From Oligoflexales bacterium (GTDB taxonomy: Bacteria; Bdellovibrionota_B; Oligoflexia; Oligoflexales; CAIYRB01), in the NCBI GenBank assembly GCA_041736175.1, contig JBGSUI010000246.1, forward strand, positions 1 through 64,000: 64,000 nucleotides of DNA, given 5' to 3'. Shown here piece by piece: positions 18,714 through 28,529 of the stretch. The notes under the pieces were generated by a model that was not told the origin of the DNA, searched no databases, and worked only from the letters and a program-made list of their open reading frames with translations. The first letter of the stretch is position 1; each line of letters starts with the position of its first letter. The position numbers and the translations under genes are program-made.

Positions 18714-20810
18714 ATGATGACAAAATGGTTTATATCCGTCCTGATGGCGATCTTTCTATGCGCCCCCGACTGCTGGGCCAAGGTGGTGCGCTACGAGCTT
18801 ACGGCCACAAAAGGTAGGGTCAATCTCAGCGGGAAAAAAACCGTCGATTGGGCTCTGATGATGAACGGAGGAATTCCCTCTCCGACCCTAGAGTTTACCG
18901 AGGGAGATGATGCTGAGATCGTCGTCCATAATAAACTGAGCGAAGAAGTCTCGGTTCACTGGCACGGGATTTTGCTCCCACCGGAAATGGATGGGGTGGC
19001 TTATGTCAATACTCCCCCTATTATGCCGGGAAAATCCCACATCTTCCGTTTCAAAATACGGCAGCACGGGACCTACTGGTACCACTCCCATACGATGGTT
19101 CAGGAGCAAAAAGGGATCTACGGGGCCCTGATCATTCATCCTCGGGAAAAGAAAATCGCCTATGATAAAGACGTCGTGGTCGTCTTGAGCGATTGGTCTG
19201 ACGAAGACGCCAATCAGATCATCAAAAATCTGCGCAAAGATGGCGACTACTATCTCTATAAGAAAGATTCGATGCGTTCCTGGTTGGGAGCTGTCCAGGC
19301 GGGCTCCTTAGGCAGCTATCTCGCGAATGAATGGACGCGGATGGGTGGGATGGATCTTTCCGATGTTGGCTATGATGCCTTTTTGATCAATGGCAAACGA
19401 GACTCTCAGCTCTTGCAGGGTGCTCCAGGTCAAAAGGTTCGGGTTCGCATCATCAATGCCGCTGCCTCCAGCTACTTCTATGTTTCCCTAGGACAAACTC
19501 CGATGAAGGTCATCTCTTCCGATGGCGTTGATATCGAGCCGGTCTTAGCAAAAGAAATCTTGATCGGAATGGCTGAGACTTACGATATTCTTTTTCAAAT
19601 CCCCCAAGGGATCAATACTGAGCTACGGGCGACCGTCCAAGATGTGACCGGATACACTTCGGGATGGATCGGTAGCGGCAAAAAAGTGGCGGCACCCACA
19701 AAGCCAATGCCTGATATGTACGCCTCCATGGACCACAGCGGCCATGGGGGAATGGATCATAGCACCATGGACCATAGTACCATGGATCACGGGGCGATGG
19801 ACCATGCTGCGATGGGACACACCCCTCCAAAAGGGACTCCCAAGGCGACCGTCGAAAGCTTAACGGTCGATGGGCTGAAGTCCCCTGTAAAGACCGCTTT
19901 TTCCAAGGACAAGCCAACCTATGAATTAAAGCTGGTGCTGGGCGGTGATATGGAGCGGTATGTTTGGCATATCAATGGCCAAGCCATTCACCAGGACCGA
20001 AATATCGTGGTTCGCGAGGGCGACGTTGTGCGCTTTATCTTTGAGAACGATACGATGATGCACCACCCGATGCACCTTCACGGGCATTTCTTTCGGGTGC
20101 TCAACCCCCATGGGGATTTTTCGCCACTGAAACATACGGTCGACGTGCCACCCCACGGCAAACGCACCATCGAGTTTTTGGCCAACGAGCCTGGGGAATG
20201 GATGCTTCACTGCCACAACCTTTACCATATGAAGACAGGTATGGGGCGGGTCGTAAAATACTCCTCCTTTAAGCCCATACCCGAAGTCGCCAAGCACCAA
20301 AAGCATGATCCCCATTTGCATGACCATGTCTACTTTGACGGTCTTGTGGAAGTCTCTACCAATCATGCCCAGCTCGGGCTACGACTCTCTAGGACATGGG
20401 ATTCTCTTGAAGTCCATATGGAAACCCGCGAGTACGACAAACCAAGCCATCTGGAAGGCGACCTCTTCTATCGGCGTTGGTACTCTAACTTCTTTAACCT
20501 TATCCTCGGCGTCAGCCGGTTTGCAGAGTACCAGGAATCTCCAAACAGAGGTGTGGTGGGGGTTGGCTATATGTTACCTATGCTGGTGGAGTCTACTCTG
20601 CTCTTGGACCATAAAGGAGCCTTGAGATTGGACCTTGAAAAACACTTTCAGTGGACTAAGACTGTTTATACGGACTTTGGGGTTAACTTCAGACAGGGAG
20701 CCCAAGCTGAGTTTGAGGCAACCCTTATGTACGGTCCCGCCTGGGAATGGGCAGCGGGCCTCATGGTTACCGAAGACAGGGTTGGGCTTGGCGCACAGTA
20801 CCGATTTTAG
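18714..20810 (+). CDS. Multicopper oxidase (CopA/PcoA-like) with C-terminal beta-barrel-like extension
   Basis: Cu ligands HWHG, WYHSH, HPMHLHGH, HCHNLYH; Met/His-rich insert; signal peptide. Start approximate. Confidence 0.93.
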   Translation: MMTKWFISVLMAIFLCAPDCWAKVVRYELTATKGRVNLSGKKTVDWALMMNGGIPSPTLEFTEGDDAEIVVHNKLSEEVSVHWHGILLPPEMDGVAYVNTPPIMPGKSHIFRFKIRQHGTYWYHSHTMVQEQKGIYGALIIHPREKKIAYDKDVVVVLSDWSDEDANQIIKNLRKDGDYYLYKKDSMRSWLGAVQAGSLGSYLANEWTRMGGMDLSDVGYDAFLINGKRDSQLLQGAPGQKVRVRIINAAASSYFYVSLGQTPMKVISSDGVDIEPVLAKEILIGMAETYDILFQIPQGINTELRATVQDVTGYTSGWIGSGKKVAAPTKPMPDMYASMDHSGHGGMDHSTMDHSTMDHGAMDHAAMGHTPPKGTPKATVESLTVDGLKSPVKTAFSKDKPTYELKLVLGGDMERYVWHINGQAIHQDRNIVVREGDVVRFIFENDTMMHHPMHLHGHFFRVLNPHGDFSPLKHTVDVPPHGKRTIEFLANEPGEWMLHCHNLYHMKTGMGRVVKYSSFKPIPEVAKHQKHDPHLHDHVYFDGLVEVSTNHAQLGLRLSRTWDSLEVHMETREYDKPSHLEGDLFYRRWYSNFFNLILGVSRFAEYQESPNRGVVGVGYMLPMLVESTLLLDHKGALRLDLEKHFQWTKTVYTDFGVNFRQGAQAEFEATLMYGPAWEWAAGLMVTEDRVGLGAQYRF
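19728..19817 (+). repeat. Imperfect 15-bp coding repeats (MDHxx) in the copper-binding insert
   Basis: ATGGAYCAY-led units encoding MDHSG..MDHST MDHST MDHGA MDHAA. Confidence 0.8.
20546..20646 (+). repeat. 101-bp direct repeat, copy inside the multicopper oxidase gene
   Basis: Matches 22881-22981 with 3 mismatches by manual alignment. Confidence 0.95.
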
Positions 20811-20897
20811 TTTATCTGGTGCTCGGTTTAGGTTGCTACTACGGCAATAGTCTAAATGGGCACCACTTGGAGCTACTCGGTTCTGTCCAGTCTTTTA

Positions 20898-21371
20898 TTA
20901 AGGGTATTTTGGACGAGGTTGTACCACCACATCAAATTCGTTAACTGGGCAGTTCCACTCAAGATGCTCACTGCCTGACAAAAATTTCGCATCCACTAGT
21001 TTGTTCTTTTCATATGAGCAGGTTACTTTTACTAGACCGCTTGATTCAAGGCCATCTTCCTCTATATACCAGCCTCGAATCGTAAGATCGCAAACCTGTG
21101 TTGCATTTGGATCTATCGAAAAAACATAACAATTTACTGAATCGATATAAGTTGGCCTTTTTGGGGCTGGGATGCCCAAAGTTGCTCCCGCATCACATTT
21201 GTTACCCGGGGTAGGTCGACAGTAACGCTTTCCATCTGCGCTATCTGCGCTATCTACGCTAGCAATCGATGAATCTCCTTGAGAGGATTCACCTTGCTTT
21301 GCTTTACATCCTACAAGATAAAGGCCGGAAATAATGATTGGGAGAATGAATGGTAATTGACGTTGTTTCAT
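20898..21371 (-). CDS. Small Cys-rich hypothetical lipoprotein
   Basis: GGAG RBS before the ATG at 21371; lipobox LVGC; six further cysteines. Confidence 0.7.
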   Translation of the reverse strand: MKQRQLPFILPIIISGLYLVGCKAKQGESSQGDSSIASVDSADSADGKRYCRPTPGNKCDAGATLGIPAPKRPTYIDSVNCYVFSIDPNATQVCDLTIRGWYIEEDGLESSGLVKVTCSYEKNKLVDAKFLSGSEHLEWNCPVNEFDVVVQPRPKYP

Positions 21372-21415
21372 AAAAAAACTCCATTTTATATTTAATTTGA
21401 ATTTCATTTATTATG

Positions 21416-21433
21416 CTGCAACTCTTGGACCAA
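21416..21433 (-). promoter_or_regulatory. sigma54-type promoter
   Basis: Minus strand TTGGTCCAAGAGTTGCAG (GG-N10-GC). Confidence 0.6.
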
Positions 21434-21816
21434 AATCTATTTCATTTTTGAGTTTGATTATAGTCAATAAAATTGACGCATTAATGATATGGAAAAATAT
21501 GAAATTAAAAAATTTGTAGTCTCATGCTTTTAATAAAAGAGTCAGTAAAAGGGTACAATTGATAAAAAATCTTTTATTGTTGAAATGTTAGATGATGGAA
21601 ATTCATGAGTGTCTAACATTCGTGCAACGCGGTTATTTTAGACACTTATGTGTTTAACTCCTAAGCGCAACTGAAGAATCGAGAATCAGCTCGAACAATT
21701 CCCGCGTAAGGCTTAAAAGTGTTCGCATAAGATAGAGATCATAATACACGATACACCTTAAAGTTTCTGGTTTCAGACAAACAAAAATATGTTTCTTGAT
21801 GTTTATAAAATAGTCA

Positions 21817-22728
21817 TCAATCTAACCCTTGATGCTGATTTTGGCGGGAATTCTTGGAGTTTGGGGGAGATGAAGTTTTAGGCGGAACCGGCATAGTATG
21901 TGTCGGAGTCGCTTTTATGGATTGTGCCGTGCTCTTGGTAGGATCGGGCGTAGACATGACTATTTTTATGAACTCTGCCACACCAGGATCATTTAAGTTA
22001 ACATAGAAACTGTCCCTAGGATTTTCGGTTGTGATATCTAGATGCATTCCCCCCGAAGCAGTTACCCCGACAATTTCTCCCGCAGAGTTAAAGAGCGGTC
22101 CTCCCGAATCACCGGGGGCTGATACAGAGGTGGACGTGCCGACTGCCGTTGTTGTCAACACGATGCTATTAGCTAACGAGGGCATTATTTTTCGGACTGT
22201 GTTGGAGCCTACATGACGTATGCCTTGGGTTTTTAATTCAGTTTGTCCATACCCGACCAAATGGACAGCATCACCCTCCTTTGGGCTCGAAGGTGCAATC
22301 TTTCCGATAGCATGGCCTGCAAACGAACCCCTCGGGAAGACAACGAAGGCAACATCTGAGTTGAGCGAAAGATCCCATTCCAATTCGGTCAACGGACGGC
22401 GGAAATTCGGGAAGATGACAAAAGTCTCATTTGATGGGCCAACTTTATCATCTGATAAATACAAAAATGCATAGTCCGCGTCCACGATGCAATGGGCCGC
22501 CGTTAAAACTAGGTCTTCCCGGACAATTGTCCCACTGCAATACGTGCTCAGGCCATGCTTCATCAATCCTAACTTGATGGCTTCGGGATAACTCACATTA
22601 TCCTTGGTCCCACCAATGATTTTGAGAGTTGTATCGGTCTTTTGAATCTTGCAGGCTGTGATTACGGCAATCACCGATAAAGCAACAAAACTGGTGATCA
22701 GGTTATGATTCATATTTGTCGTCTCCAT
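21817..22728 (-). CDS. Trypsin-like (S1) serine protease lipoprotein
   Basis: Lipobox ITAC; IIGG mature N-terminus; triad TAAHC, SDVA, GDSGGP. Confidence 0.92.
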   Translation of the reverse strand: METTNMNHNLITSFVALSVIAVITACKIQKTDTTLKIIGGTKDNVSYPEAIKLGLMKHGLSTYCSGTIVREDLVLTAAHCIVDADYAFLYLSDDKVGPSNETFVIFPNFRRPLTELEWDLSLNSDVAFVVFPRGSFAGHAIGKIAPSSPKEGDAVHLVGYGQTELKTQGIRHVGSNTVRKIMPSLANSIVLTTTAVGTSTSVSAPGDSGGPLFNSAGEIVGVTASGGMHLDITTENPRDSFYVNLNDPGVAEFIKIVMSTPDPTKSTAQSIKATPTHTMPVPPKTSSPPNSKNSRQNQHQGLD

Positions 22729-22760
22729 AATTTTTAGTTAATGAGCTTCTATAAAGGGAC

Positions 22761-22778
22761 AAGCAAAATCGAGACCAG
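22761..22778 (-). promoter_or_regulatory. sigma54-type promoter
   Basis: Minus strand CTGGTCTCGATTTTGCTT (GG-N10-GC). Confidence 0.6.
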
Positions 22779-22880
22779 TGTCCGTTGCGATTCAGTCTAG
22801 CAAAAATTGTTGGGAAATTATGACTGCAGACTGATTAAAGAATCGACATGATAAAGGTATTTGTTCACCCAAAAACTCTC

Positions 22881-22981
22881 CAGAGGTGTGGTGGGGGTTG
22901 GCTATATGTTACCCATGCTGGTGGAGTCTACCCGGCTCTTGGACCATAAAGGAGCCTTGAGATTGGACCTTGAAAAACACT
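22881..22981 (+). repeat. 101-bp direct repeat, orphan copy of a multicopper oxidase segment
   Basis: Intergenic copy of 20546-20646. Confidence 0.95.
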
Positions 22982-23116
22982 GCCTTTCCGCATAGGCAGT
23001 GCCTGAATTAATTCCGTTTTTATTCGCGTTCCCTCTAAAAGATATAACACGCAGATATTAATACTAAATTATAATTCTTTTAATTCCTGGTTCATGTCCG
23101 ATTTGACAGTTGGATC

Positions 23117-23560
23117 TGGACCAAGTCCAAAAAAAGAAAGGCCGTCAAAACTGCAAAATTCTACTTTTTCGATGTCGGTATCATGCAAACCCTCAATCAA
23201 GTTCTAGAACTCCCGCTGAAAGGCGAAATATTTGGCAGAGCATTTGAGCACTTCATTGCCCAGGAGATACGAGCCTACTTATACTATTCTAGACATAGAG
23301 AATCACTTACCTTTTGGCGAACCAATCATCAGCAGGAAGTGGACTTCATCATTGGCGATAGCATCGCGATCGAAGTTAAAAGTTCTAAACGAGTCAGTGA
23401 TCGCGATCATTCCGGACTGAATGCCATAGGCGAAGAAAAAACCTGGAAACGGAGAATAGTTGTCTCGCTTGATTCGTTGGGAATGCGATTCGATTCAGGA
23501 ATTGAGCACCTGTTTTGGCAAGACTTTCTCCAACAACTATGGAACGGCGATCTGGTCTAA
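23117..23560 (+). pseudogene. 5'-truncated AAA_14/DUF4143 ATP-binding protein remnant
   Basis: In-frame WTKSKKRKAVKTAKFYFFDVG upstream of ATG 23183, then GRAFEHFI, FWRT..QEVDFII, IEVKS. No Walker A region; an in-frame stop lies shortly upstream. Confidence 0.8.
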
Positions 23561-23671
23561 GGCTTTGACAGGCAAAGCTCTGGTCCAGGCCACCAGTGGC
23601 ACCCCGGCTGAGCTGGTCAAGCCTCGGCAGTCGGTTTTTCGAGACAAAGAGGCGCTGTAGGGTCTAGGGCG

Positions 23672-24850
23672 CTAAAATATTTTGCCCGACCATAAGTCTG
23701 CGACAAACTCAGCCCAAGGATATACTTCGATCCCGTTGTCTAACAGTCGCCTGGTTTTATCGAGGCTGACAATCATTCTCCTCCCTACTCCGGGGTGGTC
23801 TTCTTTGATTTGCTGAAGGCCTTTGAGATGATTTTGGTTGACTTCTTGAGTAGCCTTAGCTTCGATGCAACATTCCATATCATTGACAATAAAATCCACT
23901 TCAGTTCCATTCGAGAGGCGCCAATAGCTTAATTCAGCGTATAAATCTCGGTAATGATTGTAGGTCATCAGTTCGTGAAGCAGCCAATTTTCAAATGCTT
24001 TGCCAAAAATCTCTGATCCTGGTTCGATCGATTTTCGTTTTGTTAGGAAGTTGACCACACCTAGATCAAAAAAATAAAACTTATCAGCTCCTTGGAGGCG
24101 GCGTTTTGGCTTTTTTTTGTAGAGAGGCAAAAAAAAGCCGAGTAACGTGTCGACTAATATTTGATAGTAATCTTTTATTGTTTGGCTTGATACACCGACG
24201 TCCCTCGCAAAAGTAGAGTAATTGACTGGTTCTGTATCAGACAGGGCTGCAAGATTGAGAAAGCTTCCAAAAATAGGTAGGTTTCGAACTAATCCTTCAG
24301 CTGCAACCTCTTCTTTTAAATAATCCCCGGTGTAAGCAGCAAGCCTAGGCCAGACCTGGTCGGCTAGATAATGTTTCGGTAGAAGACCATGATTGAGCGC
24401 CCTGACCAATGAAAAGTCAGTCCCCACCTCGGCGCTTACGAGTCCATGGAGCTCTTTTCGCAATGCTCGACCTCCCAGTAGATTGGCGGCACCTCTTTTC
24501 AGCTTTCTGGCACTAGAGCCACTCAATACAAAAATCAGGCCCTTGTTTTCGATCAACCAATGAACTTCGTCCAATAGTTGCGGCACCTTTTGTACCTCGT
24601 CGATTACGATGAGACCTCCCGGTGTGATCTGGGCCGCAGTCTCTTCACGGAGCAAATGGGGTGATTGGGCGTAGCGGGCGTAGACGTCGGACTGGAGTAA
24701 GTCTATCCACAGGGCATGGGGGTATAGGTCTTTTAACAGGGTCGACTTACCTGATTGGCGAGGGCCCCATAAAAAAAAACTTTGATCTGGATTTTTATCC
24801 AATGAAATCAGTCTTTTATACAAAACACAACCTTCACTTGAAAAATACAT
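23672..24850 (-). CDS. AAA_14 ATPase with DUF4143 domain
   Basis: GPRQSGKST, IDEVQK, SGSSAR, KFYFFDLG, EVDFIV..IEAK. Confidence 0.92.
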   Translation of the reverse strand: MYFSSEGCVLYKRLISLDKNPDQSFFLWGPRQSGKSTLLKDLYPHALWIDLLQSDVYARYAQSPHLLREETAAQITPGGLIVIDEVQKVPQLLDEVHWLIENKGLIFVLSGSSARKLKRGAANLLGGRALRKELHGLVSAEVGTDFSLVRALNHGLLPKHYLADQVWPRLAAYTGDYLKEEVAAEGLVRNLPIFGSFLNLAALSDTEPVNYSTFARDVGVSSQTIKDYYQILVDTLLGFFLPLYKKKPKRRLQGADKFYFFDLGVVNFLTKRKSIEPGSEIFGKAFENWLLHELMTYNHYRDLYAELSYWRLSNGTEVDFIVNDMECCIEAKATQEVNQNHLKGLQQIKEDHPGVGRRMIVSLDKTRRLLDNGIEVYPWAEFVADLWSGKIF

Positions 24851-24953
24851 GTAATTTTCAACCAGTGGTGAACATACCCTGTGAGTCCCTGTTATTGCAA
24901 CAAAAAAGCCTATCGATAAATCAATCGCTTTTTTAGGAAGTTGACTAAGACGG

Positions 24954-26135
24954 TCAATCCATAGATGGCATGACTCTCTTCATGAATCCATCAAAAAGCG
25001 GCACAGTAAAATGATTGTCCCCATGGGATGGGCTATAAATCATCCCTTTTGAGATGAGTGATGCTCGCGTCGGCGCCACAGAGTTCACCTCTTTTTTGAG
25101 CATGAAAGCAATATCACCTGAACGATGGGGGCCTGGTCCGAGTGCGGCCATAGCTCGCAGATATCTCTTCTCACTAGGCGTCAGACGATCAAATCGAACA
25201 CGAAAAAAACTGGCATCAAGTTCAGAAATTGCCAGCTGGGTGGCCGCTAGGGAAGCTTGCTCGGTGATCGGAGAATGATCCGCACATTGCCAACTATATT
25301 TTCCCCATTCTTGCAGAAAATAGGGATAGCATTGTGTTTGGGCCAATATCTCGTCAATCGCTTTAGGTTGAAATTCAACATTCAGTCTTTGTACCGGCAC
25401 CTCAAGGGCCTGTTTGGCGGCCTCGATGGATAGCGGGCCGACTTCTGGGTACTCAAAAAGCCTTTCCGCATAGGATTTGGCACGTCCAGCTTGCCCGACG
25501 AGCTGGGGGAGTCCTGCGCCGATAAGTGCTACAGGTAGTTGTCGCTGATTGCATTTATGAAGTGCCATGATGAGTGCAGCAAACTGATCTTCTTCAATGT
25601 ATTGGATTTCATCGATGAAGATCGCCAATGCGGTTTTTTTAGCTTTCGCGGCGCTGCCAATTTCGAGAAAGAGAGCCGTCAAATCGTTTTCTAAATCCCC
25701 AGAGTCAGCAATACCGAGTTCTTTTCCTAAATCCACTCCAAATTCAATATCCTGGTACTTAACTTTCATCGCCTTTACAAACCCACCCAGGACCCTGAGA
25801 GCCTTTTTTCCAAACTCGCTTGCTGTAGCAATGCGGTCTAATTGCAAAAGAGCAGTTCTAAGGGGTGGGATCAAGAGTGCTGGAAGGGATCGCTTCTCCG
25901 GAGTCTCAATAGAAACAACGATAAAACCTTCAGCTTCTGTAGACTGCGCCAGTCGCGCTAGAAGGACAGTTTTTCCGACACCCCTAAGTCCCACAAGCAA
26001 AAATCCTCGAAATGCTCGACCACTCCTACATCGATCAAGTTGAATCGACACTCTTTCAATGAGTTCCTCGCGCCCTGCCAGTTCAGGAGGGGGAGTCCCA
26101 GCTCCGGGAGCGAATGGGTTTAGTCTTGGATTCAT
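24954..26135 (-). CDS. AAA ATPase with C-terminal winged-helix-like region
   Basis: NPFAPGAGTPPPELAGR, GLRGVGKT, IFIDEIQ, YPYFLQ, RASLISKGMIY. Confidence 0.88.
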   Translation of the reverse strand: MNPRLNPFAPGAGTPPPELAGREELIERVSIQLDRCRSGRAFRGFLLVGLRGVGKTVLLARLAQSTEAEGFIVVSIETPEKRSLPALLIPPLRTALLQLDRIATASEFGKKALRVLGGFVKAMKVKYQDIEFGVDLGKELGIADSGDLENDLTALFLEIGSAAKAKKTALAIFIDEIQYIEEDQFAALIMALHKCNQRQLPVALIGAGLPQLVGQAGRAKSYAERLFEYPEVGPLSIEAAKQALEVPVQRLNVEFQPKAIDEILAQTQCYPYFLQEWGKYSWQCADHSPITEQASLAATQLAISELDASFFRVRFDRLTPSEKRYLRAMAALGPGPHRSGDIAFMLKKEVNSVAPTRASLISKGMIYSPSHGDNHFTVPLFDGFMKRVMPSMD

Positions 26136-26145
26136 AAATTGACCT

Positions 26146-26188
26146 AAGTTAGTATAGGTTAGTAAAATTCACTAACTTATAGTAACTT
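26146..26188. promoter_or_regulatory. Imperfect inverted repeat, candidate operator
   Basis: AAGTTAGTATAGGTTAGT-N7-ACTAACTTATAGTAACTT (16 of 18 positions complementary), 10 nt upstream of the ATPase start. Confidence 0.55.
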
Positions 26189-26311
26189 CTTTATAGTTAA
26201 GACTCAACGACCAATTCTGAGCAGGACGGCATAGTTAGCAAAAAGGCTGCATAATTTAGAAGTTGATTCTAGTTATCATCCTGTTTTTAAAGAAAGTATT
26301 TGGCATTTTAT

Positions 26312-26350
26312 AAGTTAGGACTCGGATATTTCTTATAAGAGTCCTAACTT
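26312..26350. repeat. Perfect 12-bp inverted repeat
   Basis: AAGTTAGGACTC-N15-GAGTCCTAACTT. Confidence 0.8.
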
Positions 26351-26470
26351 GATGGACTGTGATAAATATTATAAATTTCAGATAGTTAAATAAGAGGCAA
26401 AGGGTGACTCAGAGACACTTGCTAACACAGACTCAAACAACGATCCTGGCTCTGTCACAAAAAAGCGGCC

Positions 26471-26492
26471 TGCTGCCGTATTTTCGGCAGCA
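26471..26492 (-). terminator. Probable intrinsic terminator hairpin
   Basis: TGCTGCCG-N6-CGGCAGCA just after the decarboxylase stop; a T-run follows a few nt later on the minus strand. Confidence 0.5.
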
Positions 26493-26507
26493 TTTCTGAT
26501 GAAAAAA

Positions 26508-28529
26508 TTATGAAAGGGCACCCTTTATACATTCAGCAAGATCGTGGACAAAATGCTCTATAGTTTCTATCTTGATGCCAGGCATTAAGATGATATGCGA
26601 GATCTCTCCGGAGGTAGCCAAGTGCCACTTCTTAATAACCGCACGGGAGGGCTTCGGAAATACGACTGTATTGGAATAGGGGTGTGCCCACGCACGGATG
26701 CCCGCCTCTTGCATGAGACCCAAAGTTTCGCAAGTCAATTCGAGGCATTTTGCTGCGCGCGATGCCAAGCCCTTTTTCCCGATTTGCCGCAAATTCTTCC
26801 ACAAGACTAGGGTGCTGAATCCGTCTCTCGATCCAGAAATTGTGGCATCGACAGCATCGATATACTCGATTTTGACTCCGGGATTACATAAACTTCGGCG
26901 CGTAAGAACGACTCCTACGGGTACGGGGGAGCCCAGAAATTTATGGCCAGAAAATGCAATACTTGCCGTGCCAGTTCGAAAGTCAAATTGGGGAAAACCC
27001 TCGAAAAAAGGCAACATTGGGCCGAATAAGGCAGCATCACAGTGAACATGGACGTCATCGACACCATTTTCCTCAAAGATTTTTATTCCGCCCGCCACAT
27101 CATCAACAGCTCCTTTCATTGTAGTACCGATATTAGCGTGCCAAATCGCGGAACGATCGCCTCTTGTATGCACAAGTCGTCTTAACTCGGCAAGATTGAT
27201 CGTGCCATCTAAATGGGAGGGTACGGGCACGCCCCTCATCTGTAGGATATTTAATATTTTTGCCACACTATAATGGGAATCTTCGCTGTAATACACCGCG
27301 GCTTCGGGGAGTCTTGTTCTTGCTGCCCAAAGACCATAAAGATTTCCTTCGGTCCCACCACTGGTCATGTATCCCCAAAAATCATCTTTAGGAGCATGGA
27401 AAAGTTCTGCAAAAAAGGACAGAATTTCACGCTCTGCATCAAATGAATTGATCAAATTACTGGAGCCAAATGGATCACCCACATTATTGATATGAATATC
27501 AAGAAATCTCCCCATATCTGCATGATCGAGATCTTGAGCAATCGGATAACCAATTTGAAAATGCTTTCTTACTTGAAGATCTTCATAACATTGATCGAGA
27601 ATCGCTACAATCTTCCGTTTTTCCTTATCATCGTTAGCTTGGTGCTGTGACGCCAAATCTGTCGCCCTACTCGAGTACTCTTCCAAAATAATATCGACTA
27701 AATTCTCTGCGGATTCCGGGAAAAGATCGAAATACAAATAGGGTTCGATCATTTCGACCTCCCCCACCAAAAATTGATCCTCTTCTCTGATGAGATCGAC
27801 GCGAGCAAATAGAGCTTTAGGGCATGCCGCTATGGCACGGTTCGCTTGGTCCAAGGCTGCCTTTGGCGGACTCATGAGTTTAAAGGTGCCACCTCGAGTA
27901 TGCTGCGAACGAAAGTCACCAGGAGCAGGATTTTTCAAAATACAATGACTATATTTGCCACCGATAAATACAAGAGACCATTCGCCCTCATCAACCACAT
28001 GAGAGAGGAAGGGCTGCAGCATGTACCGCGCCGATGGTCTACTATCCATGGAATGAGCAAGACTATCTCGAAGATTTTCCCGACTAAGAACACTTAGTCC
28101 GTTTGCATCATTACCAATAACTGGTTTGATTACAAAATTCTGAGTGTTATAGCTCGCCATTTGCTTTTCAATCGAATCGACTGCCATTTTGCTATCGATC
28201 CATACAGTAGGCACAATTTTGACACCATTCCTTTCCAACTTTTGAAGATACGTTTTCTCAAGATTCCACAAGATGGTATCAAGATGATTTATCACGTAAA
28301 TGCCCAGATCGGACAGTGTCTCAAGCCATCGCCTAAAAGCGACTGGATCCTCGATATAATCCCAACAGGAGCGGATGACTACGATTTGATACCTAGACCA
28401 GTCTAATGACTTACTCCAAACAACGATCTCAGTGGAAACTCCCCGTTTCCTCAGAGCACTTAGTAAAACAGCATCATCATCATTCAATTGAGCAAGCTTC
28501 GTAAAAGTCGCTAACGCTACCTTTAGCAT
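26508..28529 (-). CDS. Fusion of a RimK/GshB-like ATP-grasp domain and a PLP-dependent histidine/serine-decarboxylase-family domain
   Basis: N-half: IRSCWDY, WNLEKTYL, VIKPVIG, GEWSL, ARVDL, EVEMIEPYLY. C-half: GYP, INNVGDPF, TSGGTEGN, HYSVAK, HCDAAL, SGHKFLG. GGGAGGG RBS before the ATG at 28529. Confidence 0.88.
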   Translation of the reverse strand: MLKVALATFTKLAQLNDDDAVLLSALRKRGVSTEIVVWSKSLDWSRYQIVVIRSCWDYIEDPVAFRRWLETLSDLGIYVINHLDTILWNLEKTYLQKLERNGVKIVPTVWIDSKMAVDSIEKQMASYNTQNFVIKPVIGNDANGLSVLSRENLRDSLAHSMDSRPSARYMLQPFLSHVVDEGEWSLVFIGGKYSHCILKNPAPGDFRSQHTRGGTFKLMSPPKAALDQANRAIAACPKALFARVDLIREEDQFLVGEVEMIEPYLYFDLFPESAENLVDIILEEYSSRATDLASQHQANDDKEKRKIVAILDQCYEDLQVRKHFQIGYPIAQDLDHADMGRFLDIHINNVGDPFGSSNLINSFDAEREILSFFAELFHAPKDDFWGYMTSGGTEGNLYGLWAARTRLPEAAVYYSEDSHYSVAKILNILQMRGVPVPSHLDGTINLAELRRLVHTRGDRSAIWHANIGTTMKGAVDDVAGGIKIFEENGVDDVHVHCDAALFGPMLPFFEGFPQFDFRTGTASIAFSGHKFLGSPVPVGVVLTRRSLCNPGVKIEYIDAVDATISGSRDGFSTLVLWKNLRQIGKKGLASRAAKCLELTCETLGLMQEAGIRAWAHPYSNTVVFPKPSRAVIKKWHLATSGEISHIILMPGIKIETIEHFVHDLAECIKGALS

